From positions 29,078,001-29,142,000 of the forward strand of contig NC_043016.1 in the NCBI RefSeq assembly GCF_006345805.1: 64,000 bases of DNA. Reading direction: 5' to 3'. Of the stretch, positions 40,517 to 53,250 are shown in pieces (position 1 is the first letter of the stretch; each line of letters opens with the position of its first letter). Made by a program: the position numbers and the translations under genes. This stretch comes from Octopus sinensis (lineage: Eukaryota). The notes under the pieces were generated by a model. That model was not told where the DNA came from, did not search any database, and worked only from the letters and a program-made list of their open reading frames with translations.

Positions 40517-41013
40517 CATATGTGAGTGCGTCTCTTTGCCGTGACATCACGTGATAGTTGTAAGTAAATGTCAATGTCATACAAATAGTGGTCATCATTT
40601 TCAATCTTCCGTGAAAACATGTCTGGCCATGGGGAAATATTACCTTTACTTGGAAATAAGAGAGAATTTTCAACAAGAAGGGCATGTGCCTCAACAAATT
40701 CTTGCTGACCTTTATGAGCAAGGAGAAGTGGTTGTTATGGTGACTATGATATACATACAAACATATATATATATATCACCGTATATACATACAAACACAC
40801 ACACATGGCGTCATTTGAAGGCTAAAACAATGTAAAGCGCATTGTGACCAGTGATGTGTAGCAACATCTGATAGCCTGGTCGGTCACGTGATATATATAT
40901 ATATATATACACATGCATATATACATTCATACATATCTACACACAGATACATACAAACACAGATATATACATACACACAGATATATACATACACACAGAT
41001 AATACATACACAA

Positions 41014-41060
<47 letters not shown>

Positions 41061-41061
<1 letters not shown>

Positions 41062-41256
41062 TTTATTTAAAGCAGCAGAAATTCAACAAACCTGTTACTC
41101 GGAGGTTTCCCGTTGCTGTTCATCGGACAGTTTTTGCTAGCAATTTCTTGAATTTGTTGAATTTTCTGCTGCTTTAAATAAACCATATTACTCTACCACT
41201 GGTATTTGAGTACTCTTTTTTTCCACCTTGTTTCACATTTATGTGTTTACTCTGGT
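41061..41256. mobile_element. fold-back mini-element family H1 with minus-strand hammerhead-like motif (41092-41135)
   Basis: Same arms and tail as 21923-22118; minus strand CUGU-CCGAUGA-ACAGCAACGG-GAAACCUCCGAGUA-ACAG. Confidence 0.8.
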
Positions 41257-42392
41257 ATATATATATATATATATATATATGCACAGATATATATATGCAC
41301 AGGTATATATGCATATAGGTTTGGTGATGTAAAAAGCAAGTATCATTGCACGAAACTCTTGGCCCTTGAGTCACTCAGTAACTTCAACTGCTTATTGATA
41401 AACACACATATCTACACTTACATGTATGTATGTATATATGTATGTATCAACAAATATACATACATATACAAACATACAAAGACACCATTAACCTAATCAT
41501 ACATAATAGTACTTCCAACCTTACTCTAGTGACACATAGATATAAGTGGTATATTATAAATCTACCAAATTAGATTATTTTATAACATAGCAAACAGTAG
41601 GAACCAACCTTACTATAGACAATAGTAGGCACTACCAAAATAACAGAAACCTACGTAATACTAGTATATATTGTGGTATTATCAAAATTCCCAAGACATA
41701 GATAACAACAGCACTACTAACCTTACTGAGACATAAATAACAGCAGAATATTACGATATTTATTCTAAGTTTAGATATTTCTTTCTTCACATAAGGCCTT
41801 AAGCCCTTATGTAAAGTCTTGTTTTAAATTTAGAAATAGATGCTACACAAAAGAGCAATGTAATATATGAAAGCTAAGAAACAAATGCAATCTGTTTTTG
41901 CCGCAACAGCTACGGCCTGTATATAAGGAAGATAGCCAGATATATCAAGTACCAAAGATGGTTATTAATAGCTTTGGAGAGACAAGTATAAAAACTATGA
42001 GAGAATTTATATTTATAAACACTAATATATGAAAGCATTTTTAATCGGTTGCTACAAATTTGTGTCTTGTAGTTATACTCTAGTACCAATATTTTATTTA
42101 TTATATATTTTACCTCACCTTTCTTTTTTTAATATTAAATAGAATTTGGTAAAAATAAATTTCAGAGATGTACATATCTGGCAAGTGACATGATCTAATG
42201 TCAGAATTAATTTTTATCCCTTTAATACATACTAAATGATATATTTTGAGACCAACTTGTATGAAGGAATTCTTTGACACTTTTTTGAAAAATTACAATA
42301 TTATTCTATATTACAGTTCTATTTTTAAGAGATGAGGAATTATGTACATTATTTACGTTTGACAGATATTTGTCCTCATCTTGTTTGTTGTT

Positions 42393-42438
42393 AACACAAC
42401 GTTTTGGCTGATATACCCTCCAACCTTCATCTGGTGTC
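42393..42438 (-). ncRNA. hammerhead ribozyme motif, left arm (core-mutated)
   Basis: GACAC-CAGAUGA-A-GGUUG-gaggguauau-CAGCC-AAAAC-GUU^-GUGUU. Confidence 0.6.
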
Positions 42439-42487
42439 TTGGGGAAATTCTGGACCTGGGTTCTCATTCCTAAGGTATTTTTCGATG

Positions 42488-42532
<45 letters not shown>

Positions 42533-42750
42533 TCACTGCTTGGAATCAAACTCAGAATCTTGCCTGGGCATATGGCATAGTGGTTAAGAGTGCGGGTACT
42601 AACTCCAAGATTCCGAGTTCGATTCCAAGCAGTGACCTGAACAATAATAATAATTACAACAACAACAACAACAATAATAATAATAATTATAATAGTAATA
42701 ACATCGAAAAATACCTTAGCAATGAGAACCCAGGTTCGAAATTTCCCCAA

Positions 42751-42793
42751 GACACCTGAAGAAGGCTGGAGGGTATATCAGCCGAAACGTGTT
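42751..42793 (+). ncRNA. hammerhead ribozyme motif, right arm (core intact, 3-nt deletion at cleavage site)
   Basis: GACAC-CUGAAGA-A-GGCUG-gaggguauau-CAGCC-GAAAC-GU-GUU. Confidence 0.7.
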
Positions 42794-43184
42794 AATAACA
42801 AACAAGATGAGGACAAATATCCGTCGAATGTAAATAATGTAAATAATATTATTCTATATTGTTGTTATTGCCAAGTACTGATTGATGAGATCTGAGACAT
42901 TCCAACCATGATTCTCATGCCTTTTTTTTTTTACTTGACAGTATGTATATATGATCAATGAACAAGCAATAAAAAAAATACAAATAAAAAATGAAGAGGA
43001 AAAAAAAAACTGACATGAGGATATTTGACACTTAGTGAAAAGAGAGAGTTTCTAACTTTTCGAGTAAAGCTCTTTGTTAGAAAGGAGAAAGGGAAAAAGT
43101 CCAAAGAAGAAGGATAATCACCAATGGTCGATGTGCGGTTACTGTCCTGTTTTTTAGTATGTTTTAATCAAAACCATACCTTAT

Positions 43185-43555
43185 TTTACATGTTTTAGTC
43201 ATTGGACTGCAGCCATGCTGGGGCACTGCCTTGAAGGGTTTTAATTAGAAAAATCAGGTCCACCACTTACTTATTAAGTCAAGTGCTTATTCTATTAGTC
43301 TCTTTTTGCTGAAATGTTAAGTTACAGGGACATAAACATAGCAACAGTGGTTGTCAAGTGGTGGTGGTCAAAGAGAAACATATACACACATGGTAGGCTT
43401 CCACGCAGTTTCTCTTTTCTGAAATTCCCTCACAAATCATTGGTCAGCCTGGAGGCTATAGTAGAACTTGCCTAAAGTGCTACACATTGGGACTGAATCT
43501 GAAACTAATTTAATTGCAAAGTGATCATCTTAACCACCATTCATACCTGAGCCGT
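43185..43555 (-). mobile_element. diverged SINE family A copy
   Basis: AGTCATTGGACTGCAGCCATGCTGGGGCACTGCC...TGGGACTGAA. Confidence 0.7.
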
Positions 43556-46500
43556 GCTTATTTTTTTCTTTCTTCTGTAAGATAACAGTGTGTGATGTCA
43601 TGGAAGTTTGGCTGCTGTTTCCAGCAAATTGTATAGCTATACAGGGGCTCTGTCATAATTTTTTTTCTCATACTGTGGTACTGTTAGTTAATTATATTTT
43701 GGTTCTAGATTATAATTTGATCTCAGTTTTTCAGAGATGTCTGAGAATAAATTAAATTGAGTAAATGCTAGAAAAAAGATTAAAATACTTCTATTTCAGT
43801 GAAGTTTATATTTCAGACAACAACCCAAAAGACAAATATGGTTACTAAGAGGGTGGAAGATTATGAAACTGGTTCTTAGATACATCACACCTGCTATAAT
43901 ATCAAAGAAAGATAGGTGAATTAGGTAAGAAATTAATGTATTAATAACAAAATATCATTAGAAGTATGCAAATGAAGAGATAAAAGGGTTTAACTTATCT
44001 TAGTGAAATATGCAAAATATGATAAACTGGCAGTAAATAGTGAAAATCTGCAACTATGGAGGAATCAGTTTTGATAGGTCTCCAGCAGATGGATTCTTCA
44101 AGATTATCGCCCCCATAGGGATTATCATGTTTTGGCCTTCAAATAGTGTCTTTTAAGTTTTCCAATTAAGAATATGGTTATATATTCTACTGGCATTTAT
44201 GGCACTATTCCAGTGAGTTTTATAAAATACTTAAGTTAACTCTGCTCTAACTTTGGTAAAGTAACAAACACATTCACTGAAAAGTACTAAAGAACATTTT
44301 CTTAGCACGATAAGATGTCTCCTGTTTTCATGTTGAAAACACTAAAATTGGTAAAACAATACTAAATGCTAAAAAAAACTAACAATAAAAATAAAATTTC
44401 ATTAAAAGAAACTAATGAACCATGTGAATCAATATAATTAAAGTTATCGAAAATATCAAAATGAATAAAGAATTGGCCAAAAATCCACTTGGAAATATTA
44501 GAAGAAAGTATTTAAAAAAGTCTACAGTTAGGTATTGGTGCATAAATACATAACTGTAGTGATTAAATAAATTATTATGGAAAAAAAAAAGTAATATTGT
44601 AAAGTGGGTTGTTGCTTTGTAGACGATTCCCCAAATTTCAAGAATTTAAAGAGAATAAAGTTATAAATCAAACAGAAAAATATTTCTTTTTGTATTTGGT
44701 TTGTATTTTGTATTTGGTGCCTGTGTTTATTATTGATATAATGATCGTCCCATGATACAAGAAAAATAATTTCAATATCATAATATTAAACATTGTTTAG
44801 AATACCGAAATTTGGTAACCTGAGTAGCTGCCCCCACTACAAAAAAAAAAACCCCCTGAAGAAATTCATGATGGATGGTGGTCCCTGTTCGTATAAACAT
44901 GTTTAGTGAAGTTTGCTTATTTTGTTAAATTTAGAAGTTGTTCTTGTGGTGGTGGTGATTAAAGAGCTTCTTGATGTTTTGTGTAAAGTCCTTCGCTAAC
45001 ACAAGTTTACCTCAACATGCAAACATTATTAAATATATACATTCACTAAATCAAAAATATAGTGTCAGTTTATGGAACACACTGGAAGTCAAAATAAATT
45101 AAATTTTACAATTTTTCAAATTACTCTACAATGTTTCTACATATGTAAGGAAAGAAAGGAAAATCAGGTTTTAGCATAAAAACAATATTTCAGATACATG
45201 GAACATACCTACAGAAGAAGTCTTTTTCGGTAAATAACTTCCAACTTTTAAAATTCTGTGCCCTAAAAGCAGTCTGTAGAGTTTGGTAGAAGCATTCAAT
45301 ACGGAATAAGCCAACGAAGACATGGCATTGAAGAATAAAGTGGACATGGGTAGAATCCAAGATATTAAGGACATAAGTGGGCTCTTTTCTTCAAAGATAC
45401 ACACCATGCACACAGACATGCACACACATGTATGTAAAGAGAGAGAAATACAGAGAAGAAAAGATAAAAGGAAAAACAAAGAGGTTTACTTTCTGTTTTT
45501 TTGGTGAAATCTAGAGAAGACAAAGAATAGAAGAGTGAGGAGTTTGGAATTAGTTACAGCTATGAAAGATAAAGAATATTAGTTTGTATAGTTGTGAAAT
45601 GGAAGATCCCGCCACATGTCTTTGATTCAAAGATTAAAGTTTTCTGAACTATCTAAAGAAACAGAACAGAAGAGGAAAGTACATATAGAAAGAAGATGTC
45701 ACTTTTGGATTGTCAGGGCCAATGAAGAAAGAAAGAAATCAACTTTTAAATATTCTGGACTATAAGATGAAAATGAGAAGCACTAAATTTCAGGAAGTTA
45801 AGGAACTACCAATAAAAGTGGTTACTGTTAGCTGCTTGAGTTTTTTGATAAACAAAATAGCCCTCATAGATGGAACTTCCCCTTTCTCTTGTTTATGTGA
45901 ACCTTACACTCATATATATATAAAGAAAAAAAAATCAAGTATAAAATTCTTAACATCTATCAATAAGATTTACTTTCTTCCTGCCCTGCTCCCCGTCACC
46001 ACCATGCAACACTTTGATTTAAAATTAGGAAGGGAAAAAAAAGAGAGAAGGGAAAAAGTGGGTTATCTCTTTCAGAATCTCTGTCTGTAATAGAAGGAAG
46101 CCACATTTCAACAATGTTACATGTAAACTGCCATCTACAAGCTGCTACCTTTAAAATTTTTGTTGTTGTCATCATCATCATCATTATTATTATTATTATT
46201 ATTATTATAATCATCATCATCGTAACTTCTCTCTCTCTCTCCACAAGCTCCAAAAAACTGGTAGATGGCATAGAAAATATGATAGAAGCTGTACATATGG
46301 CAACATCCAATTATAAAACTTCCTCTCGAAGTCAGTGGAAACCAGAAGAGATGACAGGTATAAGACATCTTAAAGATTACGATGCTAGTTTGGAAGACAG
46401 CATTTAGGTAGTGGTAATGATAGATAGATATAGATAGACAGATAGATAAATAAATAAACAGAAAGAGAGGAGTGAGAAGTTAAAGAGCATGCAACAAATG

Positions 46501-46629
46501 TTTATAAATATATATTCTCCCTTTAAACTACAACTTAAGATTTTCATAAACTAAGCTTCCAAAATCTGAAAATCTTAAATAAATATAAAATAACATAAAA
46601 CTTAAATTCTTCTTATTATTATCATTAAA

Positions 46630-46809
46630 GCAGCGAGCCAGCAGAATCGTTAGCAGGAGCTGCTGTGTGGTAAATAGCTTGCTTACCAACCACATAGTTC
46701 CGGGTTCAGTACCACTGTGTGGCACCTTGGGCAAGTGTCTGCTGCTACAGCCTCGGGTCAACCAAAGCCTTGTGAGTGGATTTGGTAGATGGAAACTGAA
46801 AGAAGTCCG

Positions 46810-46860
<51 letters not shown>

Positions 46861-47351
46861 GTATGTGTGTGTATATGTTTGTCCCTCCCACATCGCTTGA
46901 CAACCACTGCTGGTGTGTTTAAGGTGATGAGATGACAGAATCAATGTTTGGACAAAAATGTTTACAGCACTTCATCCAGCTCTTTATTTTTCGAGTTCAA
47001 ATGCTGCCAAGGTTGATTTTGTTTCGCTATCTTCCAGGGTTGATAAAATAGGTGACTGTTGAGCACTGGGGGCTATGTAATCAACTAAACCGCTTCCTCT
47101 AAAGTTGCTGGCCTTGCACGAAATAATAATAATAATAATAATCCTTTCTACTTAGGGTACAAGGCCTGAAATTTTGGGGAAGGGGAATAGTTGACTACAT
47201 TGACTACAGTGCTTCACTGGTACTTAATTTATTAACTCTGCAAGGACACAAAGCCGACCTTGGTAGAATTTGAAATCAGAATGGTAAGACAGATGAAATG
47301 CTGGTAAGCATTTTGGCTGTCATGCTAATGATTCTGCCAGCCTGACGCCTT

Positions 47352-47382
<31 letters not shown>

Positions 47383-47672
47383 TCATCATCATCAATGATT
47401 TCAAATTTTGCCTCAAGGGTAACAGTTTTGTGAGAGGAGATGAGTCGATTACATAGACCTCAGTGTTCGACTGGTGCTTATTTTATCGACCCTGAAAGGA
47501 TGAAAAGCAAACTTGACCTCGGCGGAATTTGAACTCAGAATATGAAGACAGATGAAATGCCACTAAGCATTTTGCCTGGCATGCTAACGATTCTGCCAGT
47601 TCACTGCCTTAATAATAATAATTTCTTTTCTGTAGTTTCGGCTCAGAGCTGCGGCCATGCTGATGCACCGCC

Positions 47673-47717
<45 letters not shown>

Positions 47718-47880
47718 CCTTTCTACTATAGGCACAAGACCTGGAATTTCAGGGTGGGGGATAGTCAATTTCACTGGTACTTAATTTATTAACTCCAAAA
47801 GGATGTGAAGCAATGTTGGCCTTGCCCAAAGTTTCAAATTTTCCGCCTTTAGTAGGAAGGATTATTATTATTATCATCAT
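46630..47880. mobile_element. cluster of SINEs: family A (46655-46920) nested in family B, plus several family B copies in both orientations with (AAT)n tails
   Basis: Repeated consensus motifs. Confidence 0.75.
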
Positions 47881-48744
47881 TATTATAAAACTTTTACATG
47901 CCACTTTAGGTAGCTGAGGATTGTTGTTTTGAAGTTTGGTGACTAACACCCAGATTCTTAGTTAAATTAGAAGAAAATGAACAAGAGGGGGAGAGGAGGG
48001 CAGAGAGGAAGAAGAAGCTATGTGGTCAGTTGACCAGTTTAATGTATCACCTACATCCCTCACCTCAATGGATGCCACATAAAAAGTTTCTATGTAGTGA
48101 CTTGACCTGCTCAGTGTAACAGCAAATGCTCCCACAACAGACTCACAGAGACCACATCTTTTAATTAAAAGAACAGTAAAATACCATGCTTCACATTAAA
48201 GACAAAATAATGGCCAAAGCCCAGAGGAGTGGAACCTCTCCTTACTTATTTAGTACAACATATTTGTCTGTCTGTCTATTTGTCTGCCTGCTACCTACCT
48301 ATCCATCATCTGTCAACATATATCTCTCTGTGTCTGACTGTCTATCTAGCTATCTACCTACATATCTATCTCTATCCACTTACTTTATCATTTCAGTCAT
48401 TAGACTGTGTCCATGCTGGGTATTTATTTTCATTCTTTAAACCCTGGTACTAATTCTAATGGTCTCTTTTGCTGAACTGGTTGTGAAGCAGTGGCTGGGG
48501 ACAAGCACAGACACAAAATGAATTAATGAATGAATGTATGATGTATGTATGCATACTTAGATTTCTTCAATATCTTTCTTTAAAGATGATTTGGTGGAAG
48601 GGCTCATCAACTACCCAAGCCTTATTAGGAAAAAAAAAAAAAAAAAAAACAAACAACAATAAGAATCTCTTCAAAATTTTACCATGTTTTTTTTCTTTGA
48701 AATGTAATCTCACACTGAAAAAGTTAAAATCATATATATATACA

Positions 48745-49017
48745 CTTTATTTAAAAGCAGCAGAAATATAAAAGCTGTTACTCAGAGTTCCACGTTCCCG
48801 TTTGTCAGACAGTTTTGTTGATGATTCTTCTAGCTTGTTCTCTTAATAATAATCCTTTTTTTTTTTATAACAAAACTGTCCGACAATCGGGAACTTGGAA
48901 CTCTGAGTAACAGACTTTGTTATATTTCTGCTGCTTTTAAATAAAGCATATTACTCTGCTTCTGGTATTTGAGTACTCTTTTTTCCACCTTGTTTCACAT
49001 TTATGTGCTTACTCCGG
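48745..49017. mobile_element. fold-back mini-element family H1, both arms include the hammerhead-like motif
   Basis: Arms ~48745-48819 / 48869-48946; CUGU-CUGACAA-ACG-GGAA-CGU-GGAACUC-U-GAGUA-ACAG; same tail. Confidence 0.8.
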
Positions 49018-49279
49018 TATATATATATATATATATATCCATCTTTGTTTCTCTTGCTCATTTTCTTTGCCTTCTAATTTTTGCTTTTATGCCAGTTAGG
49101 TGCTGAAAGACTAGGTCACTACATTTTAAATAAATTGATATTAATAATATCATTAATAAAGCAGCACCTAGCTTTGATTATTCGGTATCGTTAGTGCGTA
49201 ATACAATACACTTCAGTCTGACAAGACTGTTTCTACTGGTGATATGTAAATAATAATAATAATAATAATAATAATGATA

Positions 49280-49819
49280 AGTGGTTTCAAATTTTGGCAC
49301 AGCGCCACCCAGTAGTTTTTGAGGGGAGGGGGAAGTTGATTACATCAACCTCAAAACTTGGCAGGTTTTTATTCTATTGACCTTGATAAAAGCAGGAAAG
49401 GCAAAGTTGAACTCAGAATATTAAGATGAAAGAAATGTCACTAAGAATTTTGCCCAGCATGCTAATGATTCTGCTAGCTTGTTATCTTAATAATATTCCT
49501 TTCTACTAATGGCACAAGGCCTGAAATTTTGGGAAAGGCGGGATAAGAAGGTTATCCAGCTGTAAAAAAATACTTCAATAACATATACTTCCAACCAATT
49601 CCAACATTCGAGTTAAAAAAAAATGTAAAGGCAAACACACACGCACATCAATTACATTGACCCCAGTGTGTAACTGGTACTTAGTTAATCGACCCCCAAA
49701 AGGATGAAACGAAAAGTTGACCTTGGCAGAACACAGAACATAGTGACTGGCGATCATGTTAATGATCATGCCAGCTCACCATCTTCTTCCTCTTCCTCTT
49801 GTTGTTGTTGTTGTTGATG

Positions 49820-49863
<44 letters not shown>

Positions 49864-50784
49864 TAATATAATAATAATAATAATAATATAATAAATAATA
49901 ATAATTAATAATAATAATAATAATAATATGTTCCAAATTTTGGCACAGTGATTTCAGAGGAGTGGCAAGTTGATTACATTGACCCCCAGGGTTCAACTGG
50001 TATTATTTTAGTGACCCTGCTGAAATTTTAACTCAGAACACAAGGACAGATTAAATGTCACTAAGCATTTTTACTCTTTTACTTGTTTCAGTCATTTGAC
50101 TGTGGCCATGCAGGAGCATCGCCTTTAGTCGAGCAAATCGACCCCTGGGACTTATTCTTTGGAAGCCTAGTACTTATTCTATCGGTCTCTTTTGCTGAAC
50201 AGCTAAGTTATGGGGGACGTAAACACACCAGCATTGGTTGTCAAGCGATGTTGGGGGAATAAACACAGGCACACACACATACACATATATATATATATGC
50301 ATATATACGATGGGCTTCTTTCAGTTTCCATCTACCAAATCCACTCACACAGATTTGGTCAGTCTGAGGCTATAGTAGAAGACACTTGCCCAAGGTGCCA
50401 CGTAGTGGGACTGAACCCGGAACCATGTGGTTGGTAAGCAAGCTACTTACCACACAGCCATTCCTACGCTTATATTTTGCCCTTGGTGCTACCAATTCTA
50501 TCAGCTTGCTGCCTTAATAATAACAATAATAATCCTTTATACTATAGGCACAAGGTCTGAAATTTTTGGGGAGGGATATAGTCAATCACACCAACAGTAC
50601 GTACTGGTGGCTTAATTTTTTGATTCTGAAAGGATGAAAGGTAAAGTCATCTCAGCAGAAATTGAACTCAGAATGTAAAGATAGATGAAATGCTGATGAG
50701 TGTTTTGCCTGGCAGCTAATGATTCTGCCATAATAATAATAAAATAATAATAATAATAATAATAATAAAATAATGATAATATTG

Positions 50785-50816
<32 letters not shown>

Positions 50817-51200
50817 GATGATGATGATGATTATGATGATGATGGTTTCAAATTTTGGTACAATTCTATCAACTTCGGGGGTGAGGTAAGTTGATTACAT
50901 TGATCCCAGTACTGAACTTGGACTTATTTTATTGACCCCTCGGCAGAATTTGAACTCAGAATTTAGAGACAGATGAAATTTTGCTAAGCATTTTCCCCAG
51001 TGTGCTAACAATTCTACCACCTTAATAAAAATAACAACAACAATAGAAATAGTTTCTGATTTTGGCAAAAAGTCAGCAATTTTCAGAGTGTGGAGTGCAA
51101 TCAATAAAACTGACCTTGAAGGGTGAAAGGCAAAGCTACCCTTGTTGAGATTTGAACTAAGAGCACAGACAGTGTAAAATACCACAAGGCATTCTAATGA
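49280..51200 (-). mobile_element. cluster of family B SINEs separated by (AAT)n, with a full family A copy nested at 50076-50470
   Basis: Repeated TTTCAAATTTTGGCACA...GAATTTGAACTCAGAA motifs. Confidence 0.75.
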
Positions 51201-52208
51201 CTCAGTAATGTCTATGTGTGTGTATGTATATTTTAGTGTACAAGTGTGTGTGAGTGCATATATGCATGTGGATATGAGTGGTGTATGTGAATGTGTATAA
51301 GTGTGTGTGTGTGTGTGAGTGCATATATGTATATAGATGTGTGTGAGAACATATATACATATGTGTGTATGGGTAGTGTGAGTGTATGTGAATACATGTG
51401 TGTAAATATGTGTGTTTTATATGTATGTGAATACAAATGTGTGTGAATTTTATATGTATGAATGTCTATGTGAATGTGTTTATATGTATGTGTATTTACG
51501 TGAATGTGTGAGTTTGTCTGTGTAATACAGACAAGTAATAATTGTGGGCAGCATGCAAGTTTAGTGTTATATAATGCTAACTACTTGGTGACCTATGACC
51601 TGTAACCTCTAACCTAAGGCGTGAAAAGTGCTTCTATGATATTGGATCTCTCTCTCTCTCAAGTAAATGAGCCATTATGATGATTCATGTTTCTATTTGA
51701 ATATATTAATATTTTCCTACAAATAAAGTACAGAGTTACGTGTAAGGAAAGCACCTGATGACAATGAGTAACAGAAAAAAGAAAAAAAAAAGTAAAACCC
51801 CAAACCACCCTAAATCTGAAATTGGAAGTTTAAAAAAAATTATCATGGAATGTGAATAAAATTACAAAAAAAGAAAAGAAAAGAATTATATGATTAAAAA
51901 ACATTACATAAAAATAACAGAAAATTTCTTTTAAAACAGGGATAATGAAATTGTTAAAACTGAATTAACAAAATTGTTAAAACTGGGATCAAAAAAATAT
52001 TTAAATGGAATGACAATTTTTTTTTTTAAAGTAGGATTACAAAAACAGGAAACAAATATGAACATATATATATATATGTAAATAAATAAACGAAACCAGG
52101 AAAAACAGATGTGATGGAAGGATAAAAAATATAGGAATGGTCAAGCTACTTCAACGGAGCTTGAATTCATAACTAAAGACAGGCAGTCTAACATAGTTAG
52201 TAACTTAC

Positions 52209-52313
52209 GCGAGGAATGTTTTAAGGCAGGAGACTTTTTGTCCTTTGTCACATTGTTTGTCACATTAATTTTCCCAGTACTGGGAGTCTTTGAAGATGAG
52301 ATTTTCTTTGGTG
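52209..52313 (-). CDS. internal coding exon (T)PKKISSSKTPSTGKINVTNNVTKDKKSPALKHSS, unknown S/T/K-rich protein
   Basis: tttttattcag acceptor, C|gtaagt donor, 105 nt, open in phase 1-1, frame-compatible with 60602-60689. Confidence 0.65.
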
Positions 52314-53036
52314 CTGAATAAAAACCATGCAGAAAAAATAAGAAATAAGCTCCAAAAAAAAAAAAAATTTATAAAAAAAAGCATTCTTCACTTGCTATTA
52401 ATTTTTTCATGCATCTTTGAAGTATTAGAAACACACACATAACACACCCATGACAAACAGAGTCAAAAGATAATCCATTGTAATTGAGGAAGTGTATGAA
52501 GGCATCATGTGGTCTAGTGGTTTGACACAGAACTCCCGATCATAAGGTAGTGGGTTTCAATTCCTAAAATAGGTGGCACAGCGTGTCCTTAGGCAATGCA
52601 CTTCATTTCACACTGCCTCAGCCTACTTGGCTGTAATTAAGTACCAACCAACTGGTAGTGCATCCCCACCCTCTCTCTTTAGCTGTCAATCCTCAATGTT
52701 CTGCTGGGGCAAGTGTGATAGGGCTAAGATGCTGTTATGTCTGTTTGTGGTTACATAAGCTCCTAAAACAATTAGTAAATGCATGATACTTGCTATCAAG
52801 TCATACTTGCTTGTGAGTGACAGTTATCCCTGCTCTTGTATTTATATATTTCTTGATAATATCTTGCTAATTCCTCTAAACAACGTAGAGTATAAATTAG
52901 CAATCATAGTACATGCTTGAACAGGTGCTTCCATTTAGCCATGTTCAATGATTGCTAATTTACCTTTCTATTTCTTGAAGGTCATCAGCATGAAACGATT
53001 CAGTAACATTACTTGGCTGTTGTGAAACCATAATAT

Positions 53037-53250
53037 TCTTTTCTACTCTAGGCACAAGGCTTGAAATTTAGGGGGAGGGGGCCAGTTGATTAGATCGACT
53101 CCAGTGCACAACTGGGATTTAATTTATCAATCCCGAAAGGATGAAAGGCAAAGTTGACCGTGGCGGAATTTGAACTCAGAACGTAAAGACAGTTGAAATA
53201 CTGCTAAGCATTTCGCCTGGCATGGTAACGTTTCTGCCAGCTCCACCTTT
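53037..53250 (-). mobile_element. SINE family B copy with flanking direct repeat TGAAACCATAATATT
   Basis: Consensus match; repeat near 53023-53037 and 53250-53264. Confidence 0.85.

Larger units (their letters stand above)
42313..42844. mobile_element. inverted pair of a tRNA-headed, hammerhead-containing SINE-like element
   Basis: Arms ~42345-42562 / 42606-42841, tRNA-like head 42566-42637, 16-bp direct repeat AATATTATTCTATATT at 42297-42312 and 42845-42860. Confidence 0.85.

Noticed and set aside
42566-42637. Possible tRNA gene (also 18493-18565)
   Set aside because: A/B boxes present but no closing acceptor stem; these are SINE heads
42427-42759. Two mirror-image ORFs on opposite strands
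   Set aside because: By-product of the inverted repeat and (AAT)n linker
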